This document shows, one piece after another, positions 52,066 to 64,000 of a stretch of DNA of 64,000 bases. The translations under genes and the position numbers were made by a program. How positions within the stretch are numbered: the first letter of the stretch is position 1; every line of letters begins with the position of its first letter. The stretch spans positions 76,322,001 to 76,386,000 of the forward strand of contig NC_043005.1 of the NCBI RefSeq assembly GCF_006345805.1, in the 5' to 3' direction. Origin of the DNA: Octopus sinensis. Lineage: Eukaryota. The notes under the pieces are model-generated. The model saw only the letters and a program-made list of their open reading frames with translations. It did no database searches and had not been told where the DNA came from.

Positions 52066-52104
52066 TCCTTTCTGTTGAAGAACGTAGGCTCGAAACGTAA
52101 AAGA
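52066..52104 (+). ncRNA. Minimal hammerhead-like motif, CUGUUGA core
   Basis: TCCTTT-CTGTTGA-A-GAAC GTAG GCTC-GAAA-CG-TA-AAAGA. Confidence 0.65.
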
Positions 52105-52203
52105 TTTTTCATTTTTCCCGAGCGTCAGACTAATACACTTGCTTATTGTTCATACACCCGTCTTCATCTTTTTGTTGCTCAACAAATTTCCACTATACTT
52201 ACG

Positions 52204-52235
<32 letters not shown>

Positions 52236-52242
52236 CATGCAT

Positions 52243-52285
<43 letters not shown>

Positions 52286-52573
52286 CAGATGTGTGTATGA
52301 ATATATAAATATATATATATAAATCTTTGATCTTTTATCTTCTACGTGCTTCAGTGATTAGACTGCGGCCACGCATGGGCACGATCTTGGAGAATTTTTA
52401 GCCGAATGATCGACCCCTGTATGTATTTTTTCAAAGCCTGGAATATTTCTATCTTCCTTTTATGCCGAATCGCTTGATTACGACGACGTAAACACACCAA
52501 CACTGGTTGTGAGACGGTGGTGGGGGACAAACAAAAACACCCACACATACCTACGCAAACACACACACATATA

Positions 52574-53467
52574 TACGAGGTCCGATCAAGAAGTTTCCGG
52601 ACTGTTGCCATAGTAACGAATCCAATGCACACGGAGTGCAGCCGCTCGGAAAAGATTGTTGTTGATCCGTGCTGTGCACGCACCCTAAGATTAACCATCT
52701 AGCTCACTTCCGCTGTTTACAGCAGTGCTTGGAACGAACATGTGTAAAGTGTGATCGTCGCATTGACCATGACAGAGAAAGTTGTCATGGTGAAACTGCC
52801 CAGGAGCCTACGCAAAGTTTCAGAAATTATATGGAAAGAAATTTATGAGCCGTATACAAGTGTACGAGTGTTTCAGATCTTTCCAAGATGGCCGAAAAAA
52901 TGTTGACATTGACGAAAGTTCTGAGAGACTTGCAACCAGCAGGACTGCAAAAAACTTCGTAGATGTGCGTGCAGATGGGGGAGGGGGAATCCTCGAATCA
53001 CCACCCGTGAGTTATCAGAGGATGTGTAGATTAATTACGATTCAGTCCATTATCACTGAAGATGAGGATATGAGACGCGTGTTCGTCGGGTTTGTGCCCA
53101 AACTGCTTTCAGTTTACCAAATAGGGACTCGTGTTTCAGCTGCACAAGATCCCCTCGATTGTGTCGAGAACGAGGAAAAATTTTTTGAAAGTTTTGCGTA
53201 GGCCTCTGAGCAAATATCACTAAGCTTTTGGCAAAATTTGATGCAGATTCTCTGCTCAACTTTCTGTCATGGTCATTGCGACGATCACACGTCACACTTC
53301 TTCCTTCCAAGCACTGCTGTAAACAGCGAATATGAGGTAGAACGTTAAAACTTAATGCGCATACAGAGCAGAATTCAAAGTCAATCTGTACCAAGTGGCT
53401 TTACGATGCCTGCTTTAACTTCGTTACTATGGCAACAATCCAGATACTCCTTGATCAGAAACACGTG
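52574..53467 (+). mobile_element. Non-autonomous mariner derivative (5' fold-back family), copy 2, complete
   Basis: TIRs TACGAGGTCCGATCAAGAAGTTTCCGGACTGTTGCCATAGTAACGAA / TTCGTTACTATGGCAACAATCCAGATACTCCTTGATCAG. ORF 52845-53201 is the mariner HTH region. The right arm, read on the minus strand, encodes MTE(K)VEQRICIKFCQKL..SEAYAKL. Confidence 0.9.
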
Positions 53468-53535
53468 TGTATATATATATATATATATAGATAGATAAGA
53501 AAGTTGGTTTGTGAAAGCACGTGGGTGAATATATA

Positions 53536-53749
53536 GAAAATAGTAAAGAGTGAAAAAACTACAGAAGGCTTAAATGTTAAAAAATATATATATTTGCGTC
53601 AATATGTCTGAAGAATATTAGAAAATGAAAAAAAAATTTTTTTTCTCTTATAATGACATAATTTAAAAGAAAGACCGGTTTCGCGTTTAGCTTTTCAATT
53701 TCTTGCGACCATTTAAGCCTTCTTTAGTTTTTTCACTCTTTACTATTTT

Positions 53750-53750
<1 letters not shown>
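53536..53750. mobile_element. PLE-like fragment with 41-bp inverted repeats and a decayed hammerhead (53668-53703, minus)
   Basis: 53536-53576 vs 53710-53750 differ at 1 position. Minus strand AGAAA-TTGAAAA-GC TAAAC GC-GAAA-CCGG-TC-TTTCT. Confidence 0.6.
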
Positions 53751-53813
<63 letters not shown>

Positions 53814-54139
53814 CTATATAAGTAATATATATATATATATATATAGATATATATATACACACAACAAGCGTCTTTCACTTACCGTCTACCAAATCTTCTC
53901 ACAAGATTTTGGTCGGCTCGTGGCTATACTAAAGACACTTGCCGAAGGTGCCACATAGTTGGACTGAAATCAGAACCACGTGGTTGTGAAGCAAGGTTCT
54001 TTTTACACATATATATAAAGAGTGCGCGAGCTAAACTTGATTAAATTTTTGTCTTCTTTTTCAAGAACAGCTTGATAAATTGGAGGACAATGAACGGCTT
54101 TGCAGAGCATAAGGATTAAATCTGTATTTGAGAAAAAGT

Positions 54140-54840
54140 TAGCTGACATGGAGGAATTGGAAGGAACCTGGATATTGGAAAAGAGTTGCCTGTATCATGA
54201 TCCGCGCCGGGTATCAAAGTGCCAAAATCATGGCTGCTGCTCAGCGTTCTGTGAATAGGAGTCGTGGTCATAGAAGCCAAGTTAACACAAACTCTGATGG
54301 TCTTTCGGTGTGTCTCAGGTGAGGGTGACGTCACGCCGTCATCTTTGAGCATAAGACCCATCTTTTAATGGGTCTTAGCTCAATTCTGAGGGCTACGTGT
54401 AGCTACTTGAGAATTTGGCCTTCCAGTAACAACCGTCTCCAGCCAGGGCTGGAGACGGTTGTTACTGGAAGGCCTGGGAGACCTATTGTGATAGTTGGAT
54501 GCTATTGGAAGGCCATAGCTGTGATAGTAGGATGTGACTTCTTGCTATACCTCTGGAAAGTGTCAGAAATAGTTGTCGGAGTATTTCTACCGCATCAACA
54601 GTCCTAATTTCTGACCTCTTGATCCCCCTTGATTGCAATGCCATGGATTTCAATGTGTGGAGCGCTGTTGAGAAACCCACCGACAGCTCTGCTTGCAACA
54701 CCAATGCCGAGATGACGGCCTAGGTCAAGGAGGTGTCAAATATATCCTCAGGAATACAGCGAGGAACGCATACAAAATAGGTTCCGGAGCCGTCTTGAGG
54801 CTGTGGTGGAGGGAAGCTGGAGCTGGCTACTTTGAGTATA
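54140..54840 (+). pseudogene. Internally deleted, decayed Tc1/mariner transposase (maT/Bmmar1-like)
   Basis: With stops and frameshifts: QTLMVFRCVSGEGDV..; LNSEGYV*LLE; WLETVVTGRP; DCNAMDFNVWSAVEK..SACNT; FRSRLEAVVE..GYFE*. Confidence 0.8.
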
Positions 54841-55075
54841 TTGTTATCTCCTAGGTATATTGAAATTTTTTGATATTATGTTTTATAATGCTGCCCCAAA
54901 ATCCCGTATGTGTGTATGTATGCATACAAGGAGCGGTTGTACACTTTCTATCTACCAAATTCCATTCGCAAGTTGACGGTATAGTAAATGACTTTCGCCA
55001 AAGACACTGTGCAGAAGGATCGAACCTGGGTTACGCATTTGTAAAGTGGCAGTCTTAGCCACAGCCAAATTTAGC

Positions 55076-55078
55076 TTT

Positions 55079-55169
<91 letters not shown>

Positions 55170-55340
55170 CCTACCTACCTACGTATGTATGTATGTATGT
55201 ATGTATGTTTGTATGTATGTATGTATGTATGTTTGTATGTATGTATGTATGTATGTATGTATGTATGTATGTATGTGCGTATGTGTGTGTGTGTCTGCCT
55301 GCCTGTCTGCCTGTCTGTCTCTATGTCTGTCTGTCTGTCT
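55076..55340. repeat. Compound tetranucleotide array TATC>TACC>TATG>TG>TCTG
   Basis: Direct reading. Confidence 0.92.
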
Positions 55341-55907
55341 ATCTACGTATGTACCTGCCCATTCATCCAAATACTTATCTATGCATACATATTTCCATAT
55401 ATATGCTAATACGCACACTTGCACACATCCACTCCTACGTACACACACATACTCACACACCAGCACGCACATATATATCTATATATAAACACACACACCC
55501 ATTCACACACATATACGCACCTAGATATAAATGTATATATGTACGCGTGTGTTGTGCGTACTTGTGGCCGGAATATGATCGACGCTACTACTACTACATT
55601 TCCAAGACTATTTCTGCGTTGTTATCTCGCATTCAAATTGAGGGTTATCGTTGACTAAATCAGAGCCAGCACAATTATCGACCTCTGAAGGACGGTAGGC
55701 TGAGTGTACTACTCGAGCAGGTTTTGAACTCAGCATGACAAAGGACGCAACTATCTATTGCAAGGGCATTTTCCCTTCTGGCAACGAAGCTTTATTTTAA
55801 GCCCACCCTATCCCCCACTGCTCTGACAAACTGCAGTTGTTGTTGCTGCTGTTGTTTTTGTTGTTGTTGATGTCTTTAACCTCAGTTCAAACCTAAGTGA
55901 AGTTACT

Positions 55908-56514
55908 TATTTCTTTACTACTCACAAGGGTCTAAACACAAAGGAGACAAACAAGGACAGACAAACGGATTAAGTCGATTACATCCACCCCAGAATGTAA
56001 CTGGTACTTAATTTATCAACTGCGAAAAGAAGAAAGGCAAAGTCGACCTCGGTGGAATTTGAACTCAGAACGTAACGGCAGACGAAATACCTATTTCTAT
56101 TTCTTTACTACCCACAAGGGGCTAAACACAGAGAGGACAAACAAGAACAGACAAACGGATTAAGTCGATTATATCGACTCCAGTGCGTAACTGGTACTTA
56201 TTTAATCGACCCCGAAAGGATGAAAGGCAAAGTCTACCTCGGCGGAATTTGAACTCAGAACGTAACGGCAGGCGAAATACCTATTTCTTTAGTACCCAGA
56301 AGGGTCTAAACACAGAGAGGATTTTTAAAAAATCAGACAAACGGATTAAGTCGATTACATCGACTCCAGTGCGTAACTGGTACTTATTTAATCGAACCCG
56401 AAAGGATAAAAGGCAGAGTCGACCTCGGCGGAATTTGAACTCAAAACTTAGCGGCAGACGTAATACCGCGAAGCATTTCGCCCGGCGTGCTAACGTTTCT
56501 GCCAGCTTGCTGTC
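55908..56514 (-). mobile_element. SINE family A array: one head plus three about 185-bp bodies
   Basis: Junctions at 56091/2 and 56281/2 (CGAAATACC|TATTTCT). Confidence 0.92.
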
Positions 56515-56635
56515 TTCTTATACCAAATGTTTCAAACCGTAACCGTACCGGCTTTTTCCAATTTTACCAAGGATTCTGTCTGGCATGCTAATGATTCTAG
56601 TTCGCCGCCTTATATTACCTATTTAATAATTATGG

Positions 56636-57194
56636 GTGCGGAGGAGCGTGGCTTAGTGGTTAGGGTGTCAGCATCCTGATCGTAAGATTGTAGTTTCGAT
56701 TCCTGGACCGGGTGACGCGTTGTGTTCTTGAGCAAAACACTTCATTTCACGTTTCTCCAGTCCACTCAGCTGGCAAAAATGAGTAACGCTGCCATGGACT
56801 GGTGTCCCGTCCAGCTGGGGAACACATACACCATAGAAACCGGGTAGGGCATTTGTGAAGGCGCATAGCTCAGTGGTTAGAGCGTTGGACTCACAATTAA
56901 GAGGTATTGAGTTCGATTCCAGGACTTGGCTGTGTTGTGTTCTTCAGCAAGACACTTTATTTCACGTTGCTTCAGTTCCCTCAGCTGTAGAAATGAGTTT
57001 CGACGTCACTGGTGCCAAGCTTTTTGCCTTTTCCTTGGATAACATAAGTGGTGTGGAGAGGGGGACACTGCTATGCATGGTGCATTGGTGACTGCTGGCC
57101 TTCCACAAAGCAACCTTGCCCAGATTTGTACCTAGGAGGGGAACTTTCTAAATGTGATCCCATGGTCATTTATGACCGAAGGAGGTCTTTTACC
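56636..57194 (+). mobile_element. Adjacent tRNA-derived SINEs: C-related (56636-56845) and family D (56857-57194)
   Basis: A-boxes TGGCTTAGTGG and TAGCTCAGTGG; B-boxes GTTTCGATTCC and GTTCGATTCC. Confidence 0.85.
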
Positions 57195-57400
57195 ATTATG
57201 GACACTTACTTGGTCATTAATAAGACGAACGGTAATGAATATACTACCAGTAATGTTTGTCTGCAGTCTGATTTTGTTTCCTTGTACATTAAATATATTT
57301 GTAAAGAGGTTCGTACATGAAATATGAGATCTCTTAGTTTCCTCTGTTACGAATGGTAATTACATTCCACCCTGCAGACTGATACTTATGATATTTTTCA

Positions 57401-57791
57401 TCTTTTACTTGTTTCTGTTATTTGACTGCGGCCATGCTGGGGCACCGCCTTGAGAGGTTTTAGGCGAAAAGCTCAATTCCAGAACTTCTTTTTAAAGTCT
57501 GGTACTTACTCTATTGTCTCTTTGTTATGAACCGCTATGTTACAGGGACATAAAACACACCAACACCGGTTGTCAAGCAGTGGTCGGAGAAAAACACATA
57601 CATACGTACATACACACATATCTACATATATACGACGGGCTTCTTTCGGTTTCCATCAACCAAATCCACTCACAAGGCTTTGGTCGGTCCGTGGCTACAG
57701 TAGAAGACACTCGACGAATGTACCATGCAGAAGAACTGAACTCTGAACCATGTAGTTGGGAAGCAAGCTTCTCATCATACAGCCACACCTG
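57401..57791 (-). mobile_element. SINE family B, near full length
   Basis: Both halves present. Confidence 0.88.
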
Positions 57792-58219
57792 AGTCATGAT
57801 GAAGATATATTTACTAATAAACGTTTCCCTAACTTTGCTGCACATTTACTTTAATGTAACGAATATTAATAAATATGCATGCCATCACGAATTAACTAAT
57901 ATGAATACCCTCAATAACTTTTGCTTGCTACATGGTCTCGATTCCCTATTGGAGGTAAATACTTTACTTAACTCATTCTAAAGATGTTCGTAAGGATTTA
58001 CACAACAAACCTTTCTTTCCTGATATGAAAGGTTCCTACCATCCGAAGATGATTACCTACGATCAGGTTAGTTCAAAGGATTGGCCTCTAATTACAATGT
58101 CTTATCTTAATACCAATGTTTTTCATTAGCTTAATGATACGAAGTTGTGAAGGGAGGGCTTTATCGAGTGCATGGTCACTCTTCAGTTTACCAGCTACAA
58201 AGGAATAACTAATGGCAAT

Positions 58220-58315
58220 ATCGCGTCCCGTCCAGGTGGGGAACCTTACGCCAGTGAAACCGGTAAACCGGCCCTTATGAGCCAGATATGGCTCAAGAAG
58301 GAACAAACAAACAAC
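58220..58315 (+). mobile_element. SINE family C 3' tail only
   Basis: GCGTCCCGTCCAGGTGGGGA..GAAACCGGTAAACCG..CCTTATGAG..GAAGGAACAAAC, as at 13700-13795. Confidence 0.85.
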
Positions 58316-59302
58316 AATTGCCCAGGACGACCTCGGTCCAATGAATGAAATCATTAAAAGAATAACAGAATTAAATACCAGAATAATCTGTACTTTAGCA
58401 TGTCATGTTCCAGGCGTCCAGAGCATAAGGCGATGGATAGATTATCGACAGCAGCTATTTCTGTTATCATGATAATACTCAAAGGAGAAATGCTGCTTGT
58501 CACAGCTGGCATTGATGTAGGCTCTCTAGAGAATTCGGATACATCAAACACGGGCAACTTTTTCGAGATGTAGGCCACATGAGACAGAGTAATCTAGTAA
58601 AAGTATTCAAGGCAATTTGTTTTTATTAGTGTTTCATTCAGAATGCGTCACGCATGCGTCCTGCAGGCTGCGGTTGCCTCCGACTGGGATACATCACTGT
58701 TGAAAGATGCTTTTGATTATGCTTACATACATATATGTACCCTCCCATACACACACACATAAGCACGCACATATGCTTGCCTGTATGTATAACTAAATAT
58801 ATGTATATACATATATACACATGTATCTATATGTATTTATATATGTATACTCACACACGCACACGCACATGTATATATATGTATATAGATATATTTATAC
58901 ATATATATTTACGTAATATATATCATACATATATGTATACATGCAAATATATATGTATGTTTGTGTGTATGTGTGTGCGCGCACACACACACATATATAT
59001 GCAGAGAGAGAGAGAGAGATAGAGAGAGAGGTGGGGGTCCATCATGATAAAGAGCTAAGTTCTTTTTTGTTTGTGGACCATTTGTGTAGCTTAAAAGCAG
59101 AATATTGTATAATTAAAATCACTCGGATTTTTACAGCATGGCTACGGTGTTTCGGAAATGTGTGTATTCGTTAAGCTTCGTCAGTGAAGAAGTACTGTGA
59201 ATTGAGTTAGTATATTATAAGTTAGGACTTAGGAAGACAAGGAAGAGGAAGCGGGAAAACAGGGGAAGGCAGTAGAAAACAAAGGTAAGAAAAAACAGTG
59301 AG

Positions 59303-59468
59303 AGGCGTAGGAGTGGTTGTGTGGTAAGTAACTTGCTTACCAACCATATGGTTCCGGGTTCAGTCCCACTGCGTGGCACCTTGGGCAAGTGTCTTCTACT
59401 ATAGCCTCGGGCCTACGAAAGCCTTGTGAGTGGATTTGGTAGACGGAAACTGAAAGAAGCCTGTCGTA

Positions 59469-59516
<48 letters not shown>

Positions 59517-59725
59517 TGTGTGTCTGTGTTTGTACCCCAACATCGCTTGACAACCGGTGCTGGTGTGTTTACGTCCAGGTAACTTAGCGGTTCGGCAAAA
59601 GAGAAGGATAGAATAAGTACTAAGCTTACAAAGAATAAGTCCTGGGTTCGATTTGCTCGACTAAAGGCGGTGCTCCAGCATGGCCAGTCAAATGACTGAA
59701 ACAAGTAAAAAGGTAAAAGAGTAAA
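59303..59725 (+). mobile_element. SINE family B, full length, well conserved
   Basis: AGGCGTAGGAGTGGTTGTGTGGTAAG..GGGTTCAGTCCC..(TA)n..AAATGACTGAAACAAGTAAAA. Confidence 0.93.
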
Positions 59726-60267
59726 GACACAGGGCTGGAATAGAAAGCGAGGAAGGAGAGGTTTGGAAGAGGAAGAGAGAGAGAAGGAGAGAGAGAGGAG
59801 AAGCTTGGAAGGGGGAGTGTAAGAGAGAGAGAAAGAGACATAAACAGAAACAGATAGAGAAACGAAAAGGGAAAAGAAGGAGAGTTGGTGGTTGGAGGTG
59901 TTAGAGAGCACGAGTGAACGAAAGAAAGAAAAGGATGGGAGGGACAGAGGAGAGTAATAGAAGCAGAGGGAAGGTGAGGGAGGGATAGGGCAGGGAATTA
60001 AATACTAAGGAAGAAGAGAACGATTCATAAAGTTCATAAACTACTGAATTTGGAAGATGGAAGGTAAATGAGACGGTGCGGTGGAAACAGGAATACAAAA
60101 CGAGGTATGGAGGATTAATTCGAGCACATGGGTTCACGAAATACTCACCGAAAGAAAGTGGTGGTGGTGTTGGTGGTGGTGGTGGTGGTAGTAGTAGTTG
60201 TAGTAGTAGTAGTAGTAGTATTAGTAGTAGTAGTAGTAGTAGTAGTAGCAGCAGTAGTAGTAGTAGT

Positions 60268-60318
60268 AGAGGAAGAAGAGGGAGAAGAAAAGGAAGAAGA
60301 AGAGGGAGAAGAAGAGGG

Positions 60319-60350
<32 letters not shown>

Positions 60351-60650
60351 GGGAAGAAGAAGGGGAAGAAGAAGGGGAAGAAGAAGAAGAAGAAGGAAGG
60401 GAAGAAGAAGGGGAAGAAGAAGGGGAAGAAGAAGGAAGAAGAAGAAGAAGAAGGGAAGAAGAAGGGGAAGAAGAAGGGGAAGAAGAAGGGGAAGAAGAAG
60501 AAGGGGAAGAAGAAGGGGAAGAAGAAGAAGGAGAAGGGGAAGAAGAAGAAGAGAAGAAGAAGAAGGAGAAGAAATGGAAGAACAGGAAGAAGAAGAAGAA
60601 GAAGAAGAAGAAGAAGAAGAAGAAGAAGAAGAAGAAGAAAAAGAAAGAAC
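60268..60650. repeat. Polypurine (GAA)n / GAAGAAGAAGGG repeat
   Basis: No pyrimidine from 60268 to 60574. Confidence 0.95.
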
Positions 60651-61281
60651 AACAGAAATGGCCACAAAATGATGGTGGCCTTCGCCGTCGCGCTTGTAGC
60701 GACTGGGAGTAGACATTCTATTCGGATTGTAAAGTATTATAGATGGGTATGTGACAGAGTGTTGGCGACGTTGCTGGCGGGAGAAGAGCGAATGGTATTA
60801 AAACCGGTTGAAAGTAGAAAAAGGAAGGAAAGCAAAGATATAAGATAAATAGAAACTGATATGGAGTTGACAGGTAAAGTGAGATTAATAATAGTGATAG
60901 CAGGGGAAAGATTGAGAAGAAGAGGGCCGGAAAAAAGAGAGACACAGAAGAGGATTTAAGGAAGAGAGACAAAGAGAGAGAAGAAAAAAAGAGTGGGAAC
61001 GGGAGAAGAGAGAATGCAATGAAAGTAGTCACTAATACCTTTTTAAGTCAACACGTCAGCTTCCTAGCACTTTGTTTATTTTATTCGTCTGACATACCTA
61101 TGCATATAAGTGTGTACATACATTTATATAAACCTACCTGTGTGTGTGTATGTGTATATATATATACATACATACATACATACACACACAGAGGTAGGTT
61201 ATATAAATGTACATATATATGTATATATATACAAACATACATATACACACACACAGGTAGCTTATATAGATGTATATACAC

Positions 61282-61363
<82 letters not shown>

Positions 61364-61699
61364 GTACATAGTGTATGTATCGTGCGTTGTGTCTCAAAAT
61401 GAGGGATTTTCCAGTGTCTCGTTCGAATTGGAATAAATGCAAACTATAAATACTTGTATACATAAACACACAACACAACACACACACACACACACATACA
61501 CACACACACATACACACACACACACACATACACACACACACACAACAACAAACATCTTCTTCCTCGCAAATACACATATAGACACGTACATGTATGTATG
61601 CCTGCATGTATGTATGTATGTATGTATGTATGTATATCTTTCTACCTATCATCCCACTCTCCCACACGCTATCACGCTCTGTCTGTCTCTATCTATCTG

Positions 61700-61781
<82 letters not shown>

Positions 61782-62190
61782 ATAGATTTTATGTTCGTGT
61801 TTACGTCCATCCTGATGTTAAGCTCCAAGTCCATTCTAGCTCAGCAGGCCTAAGATAAAATGTACGCCATTCCCTTTTTTAAAGGGTTACGAATGACTAA
61901 AATAAGGAATGTACCTTTTATTAAGCTGTGCGTGATTTCAGAGAGAAGACTCGGATGCAATTTGTGGCAGTTGTTGTATAATTTGCGTTCATATATCTGC
62001 GTGTGTGTTTGTGTGTGTGTGTGTGTGTCTGTGTGTATAGCATGGTCGGCTGTGCTCCTTCGTGCATCTAAGCAGGCAAATTCGTTTGATATACACAAAG
62101 GCACCGTGTGACCCAGTGAAGCACTCGGACGATCGATTCTTCAAACGCACTTCACCTTCACACACATGAAGATACATAGCAACATGCACA

Positions 62191-62240
<50 letters not shown>

Positions 62241-62369
62241 ACACACAAACACGCACACTCATATACACACACTCACATTACTCGCACGCTGACACAGTCA
62301 CCCACACAACACTCATATACACGCATTCAATGAAATACTACAGATGATTGATGTCTGAAATTTATGCAC

Positions 62370-62832
62370 CCATATATGTATGTATGTGTGTATGTGTGCA
62401 GGTAAGTATGTATGCATGTATGCATGTGTGCATATATATACACATATATATAAGCATATCTACAAACCTATACACCAGCACACACACGCACATACATATA
62501 TATAAACAACTATGCATGTACATATATGTGGTGTGTGTGTATATATATATATATATATACACACACGTATATGTATATATTATATATATGGTAATTATAT
62601 ATATATATATATATAATATATATACATTATATATATATATATATATATACTCACACACATATATACATATATGTGTGTTGTTTGTGTGTGTATATATATA
62701 TACATATATATATATATTACGTCTAGTTGCAGTGTCCTGTACTCACGTATATATATTTATATATGCATGTATATATACATGTAGATGTAGGTACGTACAT
62801 ATGTTTGTATGCATGCATATATTTTATTTATT

Positions 62833-62899
<67 letters not shown>

Positions 62900-62969
62900 G
62901 TATATATATATATTATACGTATATGTATATATGGTGTGAGTATAGTATATTATATATATGTGTATGTGA

Positions 62970-63008
<39 letters not shown>

Positions 63009-63486
63009 TACATATATTATATATGCATGAGTACGTTTATGTATATATAGATATGCATGTATATATGCGTGTTTATGCATATATATATATATATATATAT
63101 ATATAATTCCTTTGCGTGTGTCTGTGCGTTTGAGCGTCTGTATGTGTGTGTGTGTCTGTGCGTGTGTGTTTGGGTATACAACAGCCCAGTGCAACGTGCC
63201 TTGTATCATTCATCTCTAATTACAAATTCTATGGACGGTGGAAGCCTATACAATATTTGGTTTGATCGGTGACGTGGTAGATTTCCGTATTTATATCTGC
63301 GCAGTGCTTAAATTCTCCCATCATGTATTCTTACAAAGTAGCATGGAGAAATGTTCAATTTTCTGCATACACACAAATACATACGCGCGCGCTTAAACAC
63401 ACACACATATATGTATACTATCTCACGTACTCACCTACATTTCTATCTATCTATTTATCAATCAACCTATCTATCTATCAATCAAC

Positions 63487-63566
<80 letters not shown>

Positions 63567-63638
63567 ATCTATATATACATACATACATACATATATGTAT
63601 ATATCTATCTATCTATATATATATATATATACACACAC

Positions 63639-63688
<50 letters not shown>

Positions 63689-63792
63689 GTATACATATAC
63701 ATATATATATACACATATATATATATGCATATATATATATACTTTGATACTTTGATACTTAAATATATGTGTATACTTATACTTGATACTTA

Positions 63793-63828
<36 letters not shown>

Positions 63829-63865
63829 CTTACATACATACACACACAAACACATATATATATAT
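62370..63865. repeat. Compound TA/TG/TATC microsatellite region
   Basis: Direct reading. Confidence 0.9.
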
Positions 63866-64000
63866 AGTTAAATTTAAATTTAAAATTTTGGTGAGAAATC
63901 GGATATTAATTTAATTAACATCAATTTAACACCAGTGGTCTAGCATATTAAAATCTGAAAGTTCAGTAAAATGTATTATATACATATGAAAATCTGAAAC

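Larger units (their letters stand above)
52330..54005 (-). mobile_element. SINE family B split by nested insertions
   Basis: 3' half 52330-52545 and 5' half 53860-54005, with a mariner MITE and a PLE fragment between them. Confidence 0.7.

Noticed and set aside
55908-56514. CRISPR-like or regularly spaced repeat array
   Set aside because: The units are whole about 185-bp SINE bodies with no unique spacers, in a eukaryotic context with no cas genes
59901-60716. Poly-Glu/Arg/Lys or poly-Leu ORFs (194-271 aa)
   Set aside because: They are frames of the GAA purine repeat with no domain content

Overview
Eukaryotic, AT-rich, repeat-saturated DNA with no recognisable host protein-coding gene. It is probably a large intron or an intergenic region. 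The microsatellite load and tRNA-derived SINE families suggest a coleoid cephalopod such as Octopus; this is inference from pattern recognition, not a database hit. Nearly all ORFs in the supplied track are translations of microsatellites. The real content is a layered mobilome: (i) dozens of copies of about 5 tRNA-headed SINE families, some in head-less tandem arrays; (ii) Penelope-like element (PLE) remnants, including a GIY-YIG endonuclease reading frame missed by the ORF track and about 10 minimal hammerhead-ribozyme motifs, several with recurrent non-canonical cores; (iii) two R4/Dong-type non-LTR retrotransposons lying in (TAA)n and (TACA)n microsatellites; (iv) an RTE LINE 3' end; (v) Tc1/mariner relics, including two fold-back mariner derivatives (one doubles the 5' end, one the 3' end), a pogo-like MITE and a maT-like transposase relic; (vi) several long palindromes, a 307-nt pure purine tract and a 4.5-kb G/T-skewed block. 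There is no CRISPR, rRNA or bona fide tRNA gene. Coordinates were counted by hand, and repeat edges are approximate to about 10-20 nt unless stated otherwise.
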